Shown one piece after another: positions 18,963-28,592 of a DNA stretch of 64,000 bases. Positions within the stretch are counted from its first letter, which is position 1, and every line of letters begins with the position of its first letter. Position numbers and translations under genes: made by a program. Source of the stretch: Minisyncoccota bacterium (GTDB lineage Bacteria > Patescibacteriota > Minisyncoccia > Phycocordibacterales > GWA1-40-21); assembly GCA_041663045.1 (NCBI GenBank), contig JBAZRH010000001.1:340403-404402 (forward strand), in the 5' to 3' direction. The notes below the pieces were generated by a model. It was not told the DNA's origin and searched no databases. It worked only from the letters and a program-made list of their open reading frames with translations.

Positions 18963-19114
18963 GTCGGAATTTTTGTTAGGGGTGGCAACCTGTTCTTTTT
19001 GAAATGCCTTGCACAGGCCGACGGGCCGAGCAGAACAAAAAGCCAGCAGGCTTTTATGTGTGCTTTTCAAAAAGAATAGGTTGACAGGACCCCGAGAAAA
19101 TTCCGACCTATCTC
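18956..19114. repeat. ~160-bp long hairpin element at the lepA 3' end
   Basis: gagataggtcggaatttt / aaaattccgacctatctc inverted repeats; nested caacctgttctttttgaaa / tttcaaaaagaataggttg. Confidence 0.75.
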
Positions 19115-19115
19115 T

Positions 19116-20930
19116 TTAGTCGTTTTTCATCATTTTTAAAAAAACGTCCTGCGTAATATTTACCTTGCCCTGCTCTTTCATCCTCTTCTTTCCCCTTTTC
19201 TGCTTTTCGCGAAGCTTCATCTTTCTAGTAATATCTCCTCCATAAAGATAGTCCGTAACATCCTTTTTCATCCCTGACATTGATTTGGAAGATAGAATTC
19301 TCCCCATCGCTTTACCCTGTACCTTGAAAGAAAACATTTGTCTTGGAAGCACTGCCGCGAGCCTTTCCACCGAGCTTTCAGCTTCTTCTTCAGCTCTTCT
19401 CCTTGCTACGATTTTACAAAAAGCTACCACTGGCTCATCTGCCACAAGAATATCGAGCTTCACCACGTCCGCATCTTTCATTCCCATCATTTCATAGGAA
19501 ATAGAAGCGTATCCGGAAGTAATGCTTTTTAATTCATTGAAAAAGTTTCTCATAAGCTCCCGAAGTGGCATTTCAAGTGTCAAAGAGGCCCTATTGTCTC
19601 CAAAAGTTTCTGAATCACCGATCACAGCCTCATGTTCATAAAGTTGTTGCATAATTGCACCGAGATAATGAGTCGGTGTGATAATCCTCACTCTCACCCA
19701 AGGCTCTTGTATCTTTTCTACGAGATGATCCTCCGGAAAAAGTGATGGCGAATATATCATTTCCTTTTTCCCATTCTTGAAAGTCACTTCATAGTTGATA
19801 CTTGGGGTTGTAACGATGAGATTTAGATTAAATTCTCTCCTCAAGCGCTCTACAATAATCTCCAGATGAAGCATTCCGAGAAAACCACAACGAAATCCAC
19901 GCCCGAGTGTACCGGAAGTTTCCTCTTCATGCGTAAAAGATGAATCAGAGAGTTTAAGCTTACTAAGTGCAAGCTTCAAAAGATCAAAATCATCCTGCCC
20001 TTCTGGATAAATAGATGCCCAGACGACAGGGCTTGGTGTCTGATACCCATGCAAAGGCGGTTTCGTATCTTTTATATAAGCGATAGTGTCTCCGACAGAA
20101 GCAATACCCGACTCTTTTATACCTGTCACAATATAGCCGATTTCTCCAGCAGAAAGTGATTCAACAGGCTTTTCTTCTGGCGAGAAAATTCCGACCTCAA
20201 CAGCAGAAAAAGTCTCTCCTGCAATCTTGAAAATAAGCGGTGTATTTTTCTTTATTTCACCATTGAAAACTCGCAGATAGACAGTCACCCCGCGATGATT
20301 TGAATATTGAAAATCAAAAATAAGTCCGCGAACACTTTTTTCGTCTATTTGAATATTATCATCCTCTGAACCATATTCACCTTTTGGCGCAGGTACTCTT
20401 TTTATAATTTCGTCCAAGAGTTTTGCCACACCATCGCCCGTCTTTCCTGAAACTTCAAGAATTTCGCTTTCATCGATTTTCAAAAGCTTTGCGATTTCTT
20501 CTTTTGTTTCTGGAACTCTCGCAAGCGGAGAATCGATCTTGCTCACTACCGGCACTATCACAAGCCCAGACTCGCGAGCCATATTCAAAGTTGTAAGCGT
20601 TTGTGCCTGTACGCCTTGAGTAGCATCTACAAGTAAAATAGAACCTTCGACAGCTTTCAGCGCGCGAGAAACTTCATAAGAGAAATCGATATGTCCAGGG
20701 GTGTCTATAAGATTCATAATGTATTCATCGCCATCATGCTTCCAATTCATCCTGACAGGTTGCATTTTTATAGTGATACCCCTCTCACGCTCAAGCTCCA
20801 TGCTATCAAGCACTTGTGCCATCATTTTACGCTTCTCAATAGTGTTGGTAATTTCAAGCATTCTATCGGCAAGCGTGGACTTCCCGTGGTCGATATGAGC
20901 TATAATGCTAAAATTGCGAATATTTTTCAT
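19116..20930 (-). CDS. lepA: Elongation factor 4 (LepA)
   Basis: AHIDHGKSTLADR, ERERGITIK, GFRCGFLGMLH, YGGDITRK. Confidence 0.98.
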   Translation of the reverse strand: MKNIRNFSIIAHIDHGKSTLADRMLEITNTIEKRKMMAQVLDSMELERERGITIKMQPVRMNWKHDGDEYIMNLIDTPGHIDFSYEVSRALKAVEGSILLVDATQGVQAQTLTTLNMARESGLVIVPVVSKIDSPLARVPETKEEIAKLLKIDESEILEVSGKTGDGVAKLLDEIIKRVPAPKGEYGSEDDNIQIDEKSVRGLIFDFQYSNHRGVTVYLRVFNGEIKKNTPLIFKIAGETFSAVEVGIFSPEEKPVESLSAGEIGYIVTGIKESGIASVGDTIAYIKDTKPPLHGYQTPSPVVWASIYPEGQDDFDLLKLALSKLKLSDSSFTHEEETSGTLGRGFRCGFLGMLHLEIIVERLRREFNLNLIVTTPSINYEVTFKNGKKEMIYSPSLFPEDHLVEKIQEPWVRVRIITPTHYLGAIMQQLYEHEAVIGDSETFGDNRASLTLEMPLRELMRNFFNELKSITSGYASISYEMMGMKDADVVKLDILVADEPVVAFCKIVARRRAEEEAESSVERLAAVLPRQMFSFKVQGKAMGRILSSKSMSGMKKDVTDYLYGGDITRKMKLREKQKRGKKRMKEQGKVNITQDVFLKMMKND

Positions 20931-20972
20931 TGAATTCCAATCATAGCAGAAAACACTAAAAAACTAAAGAAA

Positions 20973-21090
20973 AAAACTTGGGGAATTACTTTGGTTTCGC
21001 CTAAGTAGGGACTTGGCTTACCAAAGTAATTCCCCAAGTTTTAGACATAAAAAAAGGGCCGGTTTTGCGCTTCGCGCAAAACCGGCCCCC
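20973..21090. terminator. Two hairpins between the secreted-protein gene and lepA
   Basis: aaaacttggggaattactttggt / accaaagtaattccccaagtttt; gggccggttttgcgc-ttc-gcgcaaaaccggccc. Confidence 0.7.
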
Positions 21091-21119
21091 ATACATCAGA
21101 AACAAATCGCCATCGAGGA

Positions 21120-22130
21120 TCAGCCCTTGCCACCGCCATCATAATAATACGGCGGATACCACGGATCAGGCAACCCCGAAATGTCGGCTGGATCCCATAC
21201 TGGGACAACATAGTAAACACCAACGTCAAATTGTAAATTGACGTAATAGTATTCACCCGTACTGTCGAGAATCAATGAATAGGTGGTCCAATCTTTTTCT
21301 CCAGCTTTCCGAATCTTGACCGTCTTACACCACTTCCATTCACTGGTATAGAAAGATATGGCAACCAGTTGGCTCTTGGTGGAAGTGTACTCCACCGAGA
21401 GATTCTGACCAACGCCGTTTGTCGTCGGTACCGTTACCACAATATTCCCATCCATAATCGGAACGATTCCGCGAATAATCACGCTCGGTAGAACATCAAA
21501 TTCTTGTGGATCCAATACCTGCCCGTTGCTAACATTCCAATATTTGATACCACCGCTTGCCGTACCAACCACAAGAAATGCGTTGGTGCCAGCCAGTTGT
21601 CTGGGAAAAAGTAGTTTATTATCCCATACTTGGAGACTGGAGAAATTATAAGTCTTTCCGTCAGCCCCAATAAAAGCTACTTCTGCCCATTGTGCTCCAC
21701 CGTCAATTGGAAGTGGAATATTTTCATACAGATCCAGTACCACATTTCCATAGCCAGTTGGCACTGAATACGCGCCGTTCGTCTGCACAAGGTTGAACTG
21801 ATTCATCCCGGTGAATAACGGGAATCCATCAGAATTGGATACATAGACCCAGATGTAAAATGAATCTTTGGGATTCACAATATCCAGAACAAGTTTCGTC
21901 TTGAGAATGGTATTGCTGATGCATGCCATCGTAGACGACTCCAATTGCACGTACTTGTAGGAATTCGTTCCTGCCGGCAATTGTGTACCAACCGACACGG
22001 ATACGGACCTGGACTGTTCAAGAGCATAGGTACGTAATTCGTCCTTCGAACCAATCGGCAGTTTCTGACCGAATGAATTCGTGAACATGAACGACACAAA
22101 CATCACAACTATCATTACTATATTCTTCAT
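21120..22130 (-). CDS. Secreted, probably beta-rich hypothetical protein (336 aa)
   Basis: Start moved to MKNIVMIVVMFVSFMFTNSFGQ (signal peptide) after an AGGAG RBS. Confidence 0.8.
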   Translation of the reverse strand: MKNIVMIVVMFVSFMFTNSFGQKLPIGSKDELRTYALEQSRSVSVSVGTQLPAGTNSYKYVQLESSTMACISNTILKTKLVLDIVNPKDSFYIWVYVSNSDGFPLFTGMNQFNLVQTNGAYSVPTGYGNVVLDLYENIPLPIDGGAQWAEVAFIGADGKTYNFSSLQVWDNKLLFPRQLAGTNAFLVVGTASGGIKYWNVSNGQVLDPQEFDVLPSVIIRGIVPIMDGNIVVTVPTTNGVGQNLSVEYTSTKSQLVAISFYTSEWKWCKTVKIRKAGEKDWTTYSLILDSTGEYYYVNLQFDVGVYYVVPVWDPADISGLPDPWYPPYYYDGGGKG

Positions 22131-22155
22131 CTTTCTTCTCCTGTTCTGTTTTCCT

Positions 22156-22380
22156 TCACTTCGCGAATGTCGGGGTTGCATGCAACCCTTCGATCCGGAA
22201 ACCGTTTGTACCCTTTGCCACCATTTTCGGTGGAGTGTTTTGCTTCGACTCACCAACGCTGATGAGCGCCGACCGCATTTTGCCAGTCATTTCTGGGTGT
22301 TGGTGATTGATCACCAGCAAAAAAATACCCACCCCAAGAATAACCGACAGTATGATCACAACCGCTACAACCTTATTCAT
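22156..22380 (-). CDS. Small membrane-anchored protein
   Basis: AAGGAGAGG RBS before MNKVVAVVIILSVILGVGIFLLV. Confidence 0.6.
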   Translation of the reverse strand: MNKVVAVVIILSVILGVGIFLLVINHQHPEMTGKMRSALISVGESKQNTPPKMVAKGTNGFRIEGLHATPTFAK

Positions 22381-22622
22381 TTTCCTCTCCTTCGGGATTC
22401 TATCCCTTTTTTGTTTCTTTACGTCAACGAACATTAAAAAATGAGGGTTTAACCTTACTTTTCACCAAACCACACCCTATCACAATTCAAGATAAAAGTC
22501 AAACCCTTTCGGATAGAGGGGGTTTTCGCTTCGCGAAAACCCCGCCACCTTATCGTTTGACTTTATCTAAACCATCAACTAGTATTTATTTCGGATGATC
22601 CTAAACAATAAAAGGAGAAGTT

Positions 22623-23108
22623 ATGAACGAAGTAATGATCGCTGTCGTCCTTGCCCTGATCTGTGGTTTCAATGCACGTATTCAGTTCTTAATGCCCAAG
22701 AAATACGTAAGTGCTATGCACTTCGCGGAAGATTGGGGGAGTTCCAAGTACGGGACGATAATCTTCTGGTTTCTGGGTTATGTATGCCGATTCGTCATTT
22801 CTGCATTCATCATCAGTGGGCTGTGTTTTTATTTTGGTGTGGAGCTTATACCATTCACATTAAAAAAATTCCTGCTCACATATTTACCGATAATCCTAAC
22901 CCTGACACTCATCAACAACTTCTTCTCAAGTCGCTTCGACGAAGACGACAGGGAAGAAAACGGCAACCTACAGGATGGATATGACGACGATGCTACAACG
23001 GACATTCCACTGACTCTCGTAGTAGCATGTTTAATACTCTCTGTCTTTTACTGGGGAGCTATGTGCCCAATATATTGGCTTGGGAAGATTATGCACGTCT
23101 GGTCGTAA
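22623..23108 (+). CDS. Multi-TM hypothetical protein
   Basis: AAGGAG RBS, four hydrophobic segments, own terminator at ~23112-23148. Confidence 0.75.
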   Translation: MNEVMIAVVLALICGFNARIQFLMPKKYVSAMHFAEDWGSSKYGTIIFWFLGYVCRFVISAFIISGLCFYFGVELIPFTLKKFLLTYLPIILTLTLINNFFSSRFDEDDREENGNLQDGYDDDATTDIPLTLVVACLILSVFYWGAMCPIYWLGKIMHVWS

Positions 23109-23153
23109 GCGATTGGCCGAACACAAAAGTGTTCGGCCAATTTTTTTAATCTT

Positions 23154-24293
23154 CTATTTGTAAATCCTTTTTATCAGCGGATTTATTCTAGTCAAAAGTT
23201 CATAAGTTGAGGCGTCTAAAAGTCCAGAAATATCGTCTGCGGAAATTTCTTCTTTGCCACTTTTTCCGATAATCGTCACGGTGTCCCCCACCTTCGCATT
23301 TTTTACTTCACTAGTATCAAGCATAATAATATCCATACAAACCCTACCCAAAATTTTGCACGGCTTGCCTCCCACAAGCACTCTTCCAATACCCGACAAA
23401 GCACGTGGCAAACCATGCCAATAGCCCACCGGAATAACCGCTATTTTCGTGTTTTTGGCTACTGTCTCCGTGCAGTCGTATCCTACACGACTACCGGCTT
23501 TGAGGGTCTTTATTTCAGCAATTACGGCCTTCCAAGATAGTACTGGGGCGAGCCTTGTCTTGCCCTCTGCAAAGGCCCTGGCCTCGCTAGACGGCCATAT
23601 GCCGTAGAGTCCGATTCCTATGCGAACCATATCAAAATCGGCCTCCCTGAAGAGTATAGCCCCTGAAGTGGCCGACGCATGCCTTATGGGTTTGAAACCG
23701 TTTTTATTGAAAATCTCCACCCACTTTTTGTATTCCTCAATCTGTCTTTTTGTAAATTGCGGAAATGCCGGATTTTTGGCGGAGGCGAAATGTGTAAAAA
23801 GTCCCTCAACAATTATTTTATCTTTGAGCGATTTTAATTCACGAATGACTTTCTCCGAATCTTCAAAAGAAAAACCGTGTCGTGACATTCCTGTATCTAC
23901 TTTAATGTGAACTTTTATTGGGTTTTTTACTTTGAGTTTTTTTATTTCTGAAAGTGTTTCGAAAGAAGAAACCGCAACACTAATATTTTTCTCCACCGCC
24001 TCTTCAAGTTTTTCCGGCAAAGTATAACCGAGTATTAGTATGGGTGTTTTAATCCCCTCCCTGCGAAGTGCCGAACCTTCTGTAATAGAATCAACTCCAA
24101 GGAAATCCGCACCGAGTTTCTCCATCTCTTCTGCAAATTCAAAAAGATTATGCCCGTAAGCATTGGACTTCACAACTGCCAAAAACTTCACCGCCTTCGG
24201 CAAAAGTTTTCTAAAAGTTTCAAAATTCTGCTTTATAGCTTTCCTATCAATTTCAAGCCATGTGCGTAGGCCTTGTGGGCGCGTGGGTTTCAT
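23154..24293 (-). CDS. alr: Alanine racemase
   Basis: AVVKSNAYGH PLP lysine, KVDTGMSRHG, GRVCMD. Confidence 0.97.
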   Translation of the reverse strand: MKPTRPQGLRTWLEIDRKAIKQNFETFRKLLPKAVKFLAVVKSNAYGHNLFEFAEEMEKLGADFLGVDSITEGSALRREGIKTPILILGYTLPEKLEEAVEKNISVAVSSFETLSEIKKLKVKNPIKVHIKVDTGMSRHGFSFEDSEKVIRELKSLKDKIIVEGLFTHFASAKNPAFPQFTKRQIEEYKKWVEIFNKNGFKPIRHASATSGAILFREADFDMVRIGIGLYGIWPSSEARAFAEGKTRLAPVLSWKAVIAEIKTLKAGSRVGYDCTETVAKNTKIAVIPVGYWHGLPRALSGIGRVLVGGKPCKILGRVCMDIIMLDTSEVKNAKVGDTVTIIGKSGKEEISADDISGLLDASTYELLTRINPLIKRIYK

Positions 24294-24373
24294 ATTGCTA
24301 TATTACATTAATAACAAAAGCAATTCAAATCTGTAAGCGAAGTATACGACATTATAGTTATCTCTGAGAATAA

Positions 24374-25447
24374 TTATTCAATAGCCTTCTGTATCCACTC
24401 CCTTGCATTCGTTCTTAAAACCTTCTTTATCTGCTCATCATTTAAATTAAATTCAGTTGATAAAATATCGGCTAATTTAGAAAAGTCATCAGGATTTCTA
24501 ATCTCATTTAGAAATTCAGGTGGAATACCACCAAAATCTGTTCCAATAGCCAAACTATTTATTCCACCAGTGATTTGAGATGTTGCATCAATCCTTTCTG
24601 CCACTTTTCTAGTCGAGGAGAAAAATGGCTTTGTCACTCCCAAACCAATGATGCCACCCATAGAGATTAAGTCCGTCATCTCTTCAGAAGTTAGAGCCCT
24701 GTCACCCATTTTATCCCTCCACGCCTCATCAATGTCCTCTTCTACTGAACCATGAGTATAGGAAACTAAACTTCCTTTATTTAAGTCTTTAGCTAATCTC
24801 ATTATACCTTTTCGGGTATTAAAATTTGAATGAGCAAGATCAATAATTAAATTATGATCAAATATATGCCTTGCGACAGAAATACCTAATTCCGTTAAGC
24901 CGTTTGTATCAGCTAAAGGCGTTGGCTTGTTGTATTGAAAGCCAAAAATTTTAACACCTAAATCTATCAAAACTTTGAGGTCTTCTACTGATTGAATTAA
25001 ATGAGCACCGGCTTCTAATCCTAAAACTAAATTATCTTGGTTTTTAAAATCTCCACCCCTTTTTATTAGATTAATTCCGCATGATTCACCCATTTGTTTA
25101 TATTGACCAACCAAGCTAATCATTTTATTCCAACGAGTATCTCTGTCGGGATTTTCTGGATTTGGAAACATATATGAATCAAAGACCGATCCAACGATCA
25201 CATCATATTTCCCACGCACAGATTCAGCAACTAATCTTGAATATTCTCCCCAAGAAAATTCTCCTATCTTTTTACCAAATTTCTCCTCAGCAGTTGGAAT
25301 ATCCACACCAAATTGTTCAAGTCGGGTTAAAACAGATTTGTCTTCAGGGTTAAATCTCTCTGGATATGTTGAATATTCACCCAGATGTTCGGTTGCTTTG
25401 GGTACTAATAAGTCATCATGAAGTGAAGATATTTTTTCTGGTTTCAT
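24374..25447 (-). CDS. Membrane dipeptidase family protein (peptidase M19, amidohydrolase fold)
   Basis: LGLEAG, GLTELG, IIDLAHS, SYTHG, GGIIG, IGTDFGG motifs. Confidence 0.8.
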   Translation of the reverse strand: MKPEKISSLHDDLLVPKATEHLGEYSTYPERFNPEDKSVLTRLEQFGVDIPTAEEKFGKKIGEFSWGEYSRLVAESVRGKYDVIVGSVFDSYMFPNPENPDRDTRWNKMISLVGQYKQMGESCGINLIKRGGDFKNQDNLVLGLEAGAHLIQSVEDLKVLIDLGVKIFGFQYNKPTPLADTNGLTELGISVARHIFDHNLIIDLAHSNFNTRKGIMRLAKDLNKGSLVSYTHGSVEEDIDEAWRDKMGDRALTSEEMTDLISMGGIIGLGVTKPFFSSTRKVAERIDATSQITGGINSLAIGTDFGGIPPEFLNEIRNPDDFSKLADILSTEFNLNDEQIKKVLRTNAREWIQKAIE

Positions 25448-25451
25448 TTTA

Positions 25452-26873
25452 TTATTTTAACCAATTAAACCCCTGATATAAATCACTTTCTTTATAATCA
25501 ATTTCTTGCCTTTCATTTGCTGGTGTTAAACGATAGTAAGAAATAGGTATTAGGGGATATAATAAATATTTAAAACTTGTCTTGCCAAGTGTTTGTAGAT
25601 ATTCTTTTGAAAACGTGTGATTCATAGCAATATCAAAACCCCATTCCTTAATAAAATCAGATTGGCCTTTACGATGAAAAGCTATATCCCCGCAATTAAA
25701 ATTTAATACTGTAACTGTATTTACAAGTAAGTATTCACTATAATCATACTCTTTTAAAATATCTAGCCATCCTTTATGTAGTTTATCAGTATACTCTGTC
25801 TGACCAGGTCCACCCATAACCTTAGCTCCTAAATAAAATGAAACAAGAGCAAACTTTGTAAAAATTGATGGTATAAGAATACCCTCAGTTAATGCAAGTG
25901 TTATATCCTCCGGAGTCATATTAATATCTCTCACTAATCCTTCGTGATTGACCAACTTACCATCAACAAAATCCATTCTGTATTCCTTACCATCTTCTAG
26001 ATTAAACCCCCAGAAGAAATGAGTCCCCGAACCTTTTCCAGAATAATTCCAGGCCCCATAAATTCCATCGAACCTACTAAGTATACGATCTCTGAACCCT
26101 TTATCAAAAAGAGATTTCCAAACAATATTATTTTTGTTTTCTAATAAAAACGTAGAGAGAAATTGAATTAAAATTTCATCATGTTCTAATGTTATACATC
26201 TTCTGACATCATTTCTTATCTTTTCATCGAAAAATTCAAGCCATAGGTAATAATTAACTTTAACAATTTGGTCTGATAACCTTTCACACGTTGAAAAATC
26301 AATTTTATCTATAATTGATTGAAAATGTTTAATAAAATCAATCTCTTTTTCACTAAATTCATTTTCACTATTTTTTACTGATTCCATCAAATCAAATTTA
26401 TAAATAGGGTAACGAGATACAAGTTTATTTTTTGTAGATTTAGGGTATAGGTTTAAATGTTTACCTCCAAATTCAACACCCCTCTTATGTAGAACATCAG
26501 AAAATGGTATATTACCGCAATCTAATACATAATAATCACCAAAATCTCTACGATTCAACATTGAATCAAAACGACTGATTAAATGAGCACCGATCGTAGA
26601 TGGATAATTCAATATATTATGATGGTCAGTGGTATCCAGAATCATCCCCTCAGCATAATTTATATTTACAGATTCTTTTATAAACAACCTGTCTATCTTA
26701 TTTTTAATAAAACCAATATAATCTTTTTGTCTTTCAATATGAATTGCGTTCGGCTTGTATGAGGTTAGTTTATTCTTAACATAATTAATTAAAGGTTCTT
26801 CGCAGCTTAAAAGATCGCCCATAAAAGGATTAGCTGATTTAATTTGTTCTATTGCCTTTTCTAAACTTATCAT
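25452..26873 (-). CDS. Unknown protein, paralog 1 (DHH / GNIP / GTHFFWG / GGPGQ motifs; possibly BshC-like fold)
   Basis: 473-aa ORF with collinear motifs shared with 27058-28518. Confidence 0.8.
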   Translation of the reverse strand: MISLEKAIEQIKSANPFMGDLLSCEEPLINYVKNKLTSYKPNAIHIERQKDYIGFIKNKIDRLFIKESVNINYAEGMILDTTDHHNILNYPSTIGAHLISRFDSMLNRRDFGDYYVLDCGNIPFSDVLHKRGVEFGGKHLNLYPKSTKNKLVSRYPIYKFDLMESVKNSENEFSEKEIDFIKHFQSIIDKIDFSTCERLSDQIVKVNYYLWLEFFDEKIRNDVRRCITLEHDEILIQFLSTFLLENKNNIVWKSLFDKGFRDRILSRFDGIYGAWNYSGKGSGTHFFWGFNLEDGKEYRMDFVDGKLVNHEGLVRDINMTPEDITLALTEGILIPSIFTKFALVSFYLGAKVMGGPGQTEYTDKLHKGWLDILKEYDYSEYLLVNTVTVLNFNCGDIAFHRKGQSDFIKEWGFDIAMNHTFSKEYLQTLGKTSFKYLLYPLIPISYYRLTPANERQEIDYKESDLYQGFNWLK

Positions 26874-26883
26874 AACTTGTTTG

Positions 26884-26952
26884 TAGCCCCGAGTAGTATT
26901 GAACTACTGTTTCCTCCTTTAAGGGAAGCGTCCTACATTAGACGACAGGGCC
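26884..26952 (-). ncRNA. Aberrant tRNA-Glu-like RNA, copy 1
   Basis: GGCCCTG TC GTCTAATGTAGGAC G CTTCC-CTTAAA-GGAGG AAAC AGTAG-TTCAATA-CTACT CGGGGCT A; all four stems pair; 6-nt anticodon loop. Confidence 0.8.
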
Positions 26953-27057
26953 ATACAAATATATTATCATGTATAATAATATACACAAATCTAATGAGGC
27001 TAGTGAGCTGTTTTATTATTTATATAATTGCTATCCTACAATTTCACCTATTTACTT

Positions 27058-28518
27058 TTAAAAAATATTTTCTGATGTTTTCTGCAAGTCCTTTTCTGTG
27101 ATCGTAAGATTCTTCTTTTCACTAATATTTCCATATTTTGTAATACCATAATTATAAGCAAATAGTAGTGGTGGTATCATAAACTCTTTAAATTTATGTG
27201 AATCAAGTCTCTCGAAATATTCTTTCTTAAAACCACCCTGGTAAAAGATATCAAAAGCATGTAATTCTTTCAGTTTTCCCTGGTCATCTCTACCTTGGCA
27301 AATGGAAATAAGATTCATATTATCCAATGGTATTTGTTTTACTAATTTAGCATCTTCCGGAAAATCTTCCTCTAAAACCTCTATCATTTTCTGTTTCATT
27401 CTTGTTAAATATTCAAGAGAATATCCAGCCAATGGCTTCATCCCCATATAGAACATAATAAGAGAGAATTTTAATAACATACATGGAAGCATTTTCTTCT
27501 TTAGTAAAATATCTGAAACTGCTTCCGAAGTAAATCTAACTTTAAAAGTTTTATCGTCACCAATTAAATAACCATCTTTTAATTCAAGACGAACATGTTC
27601 ATTCTTATAATTAAGTCCCCAGAAAAAATGAGTCCCAGAAGTACCTTCTTCATTCCAAGCTCCAACAGAACTCTCAAATCTATTGAGTACTTTTTCTCTA
27701 AATCTATCATCGAACATCATTTTGTATATAAAACTGTCTTTTTCATTATTTAATACATAGACTAAATAATCAATGACAATATCGTCATATTCAATAGAAA
27801 CTAATCTTGAAGCATTGGCACGTAGTTTTTCCTCAAATAAAAATGGCCAAATATGATAATTAATTTTCGTAAGTTGATCGCTTAGATATTGACAAGTAGA
27901 AAAGTCGATATCTTTAATTACATTTTGAATCTTCTCCAAAAGGGCTTGTTCTTCCGGCGTAAATTCATGCCACTGATGACTCTCAAATTTTAATCTATTA
28001 ATGAAATCAAAATCATATTTTGGTAAACCAAATACAACTTTATTTTTATCTCCCTTAGGAAATAAGTTTATCTTTTTACCATTTAATGTAAATCCTCTCC
28101 GACGGAATGGTTCATTAAGTGGAATATTACCTGTAGCAAAAGTTAAAATATCTCCCCCTGTATCACGATGAAGTAATTTATAAAAATTAGAAACCAAATG
28201 AACAGCTAACAACCACGGGTGATCGATAATACCATGGTGGTCGACAATACCACCGACAACACCCCACTCGTCATCTATATTAATCTTCATGTCTGACCGC
28301 TCTTGTTCATTAAAAAGATGTTCTATTTTTTCTTTAAGTTTTTGTTTAAATCTTTTTTGTCTTTCTAGATAAATTTTATTTGGTTTATATATATTTATTC
28401 TTTTTGAGTATTGAGAGAGGTTTTCTTTGTTAGCATAAAATGGCTCCAAAGAAGTCATGTATTTAATAACTTCATTAGCTATCTCATTTAATTGTGGGTC
28501 AGAATAGAATGTTTTCAT
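27058..28518 (-). CDS. Unknown protein, paralog 2
   Basis: 486-aa ORF with VDHHG, GNIPL, RRG, NLFPK, GAWN..GTHFFWG as in paralog 1. Confidence 0.8.
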   Translation of the reverse strand: MKTFYSDPQLNEIANEVIKYMTSLEPFYANKENLSQYSKRINIYKPNKIYLERQKRFKQKLKEKIEHLFNEQERSDMKINIDDEWGVVGGIVDHHGIIDHPWLLAVHLVSNFYKLLHRDTGGDILTFATGNIPLNEPFRRRGFTLNGKKINLFPKGDKNKVVFGLPKYDFDFINRLKFESHQWHEFTPEEQALLEKIQNVIKDIDFSTCQYLSDQLTKINYHIWPFLFEEKLRANASRLVSIEYDDIVIDYLVYVLNNEKDSFIYKMMFDDRFREKVLNRFESSVGAWNEEGTSGTHFFWGLNYKNEHVRLELKDGYLIGDDKTFKVRFTSEAVSDILLKKKMLPCMLLKFSLIMFYMGMKPLAGYSLEYLTRMKQKMIEVLEEDFPEDAKLVKQIPLDNMNLISICQGRDDQGKLKELHAFDIFYQGGFKKEYFERLDSHKFKEFMIPPLLFAYNYGITKYGNISEKKNLTITEKDLQKTSENIF

Positions 28519-28523
28519 AATAG

Positions 28524-28592
28524 TAGCCCCGAGTAGTATTGAACTACTGTTTCCTCCTTTAAGGGAAGCGTCCTACATTAGACGACAGGGCC
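28524..28592 (-). ncRNA. Aberrant tRNA-Glu-like RNA, copy 2
   Basis: 28523-28595 is identical to 26883-26955 (73 bp). Confidence 0.8.

Noticed and set aside
26884-26952. Reading the odd tRNA as an ochre suppressor or tRNA-Leu(TAA)
   Set aside because: The anticodon loop has only 6 nt so no anticodon can be assigned, there is no long variable arm, and TAA is the common stop here.
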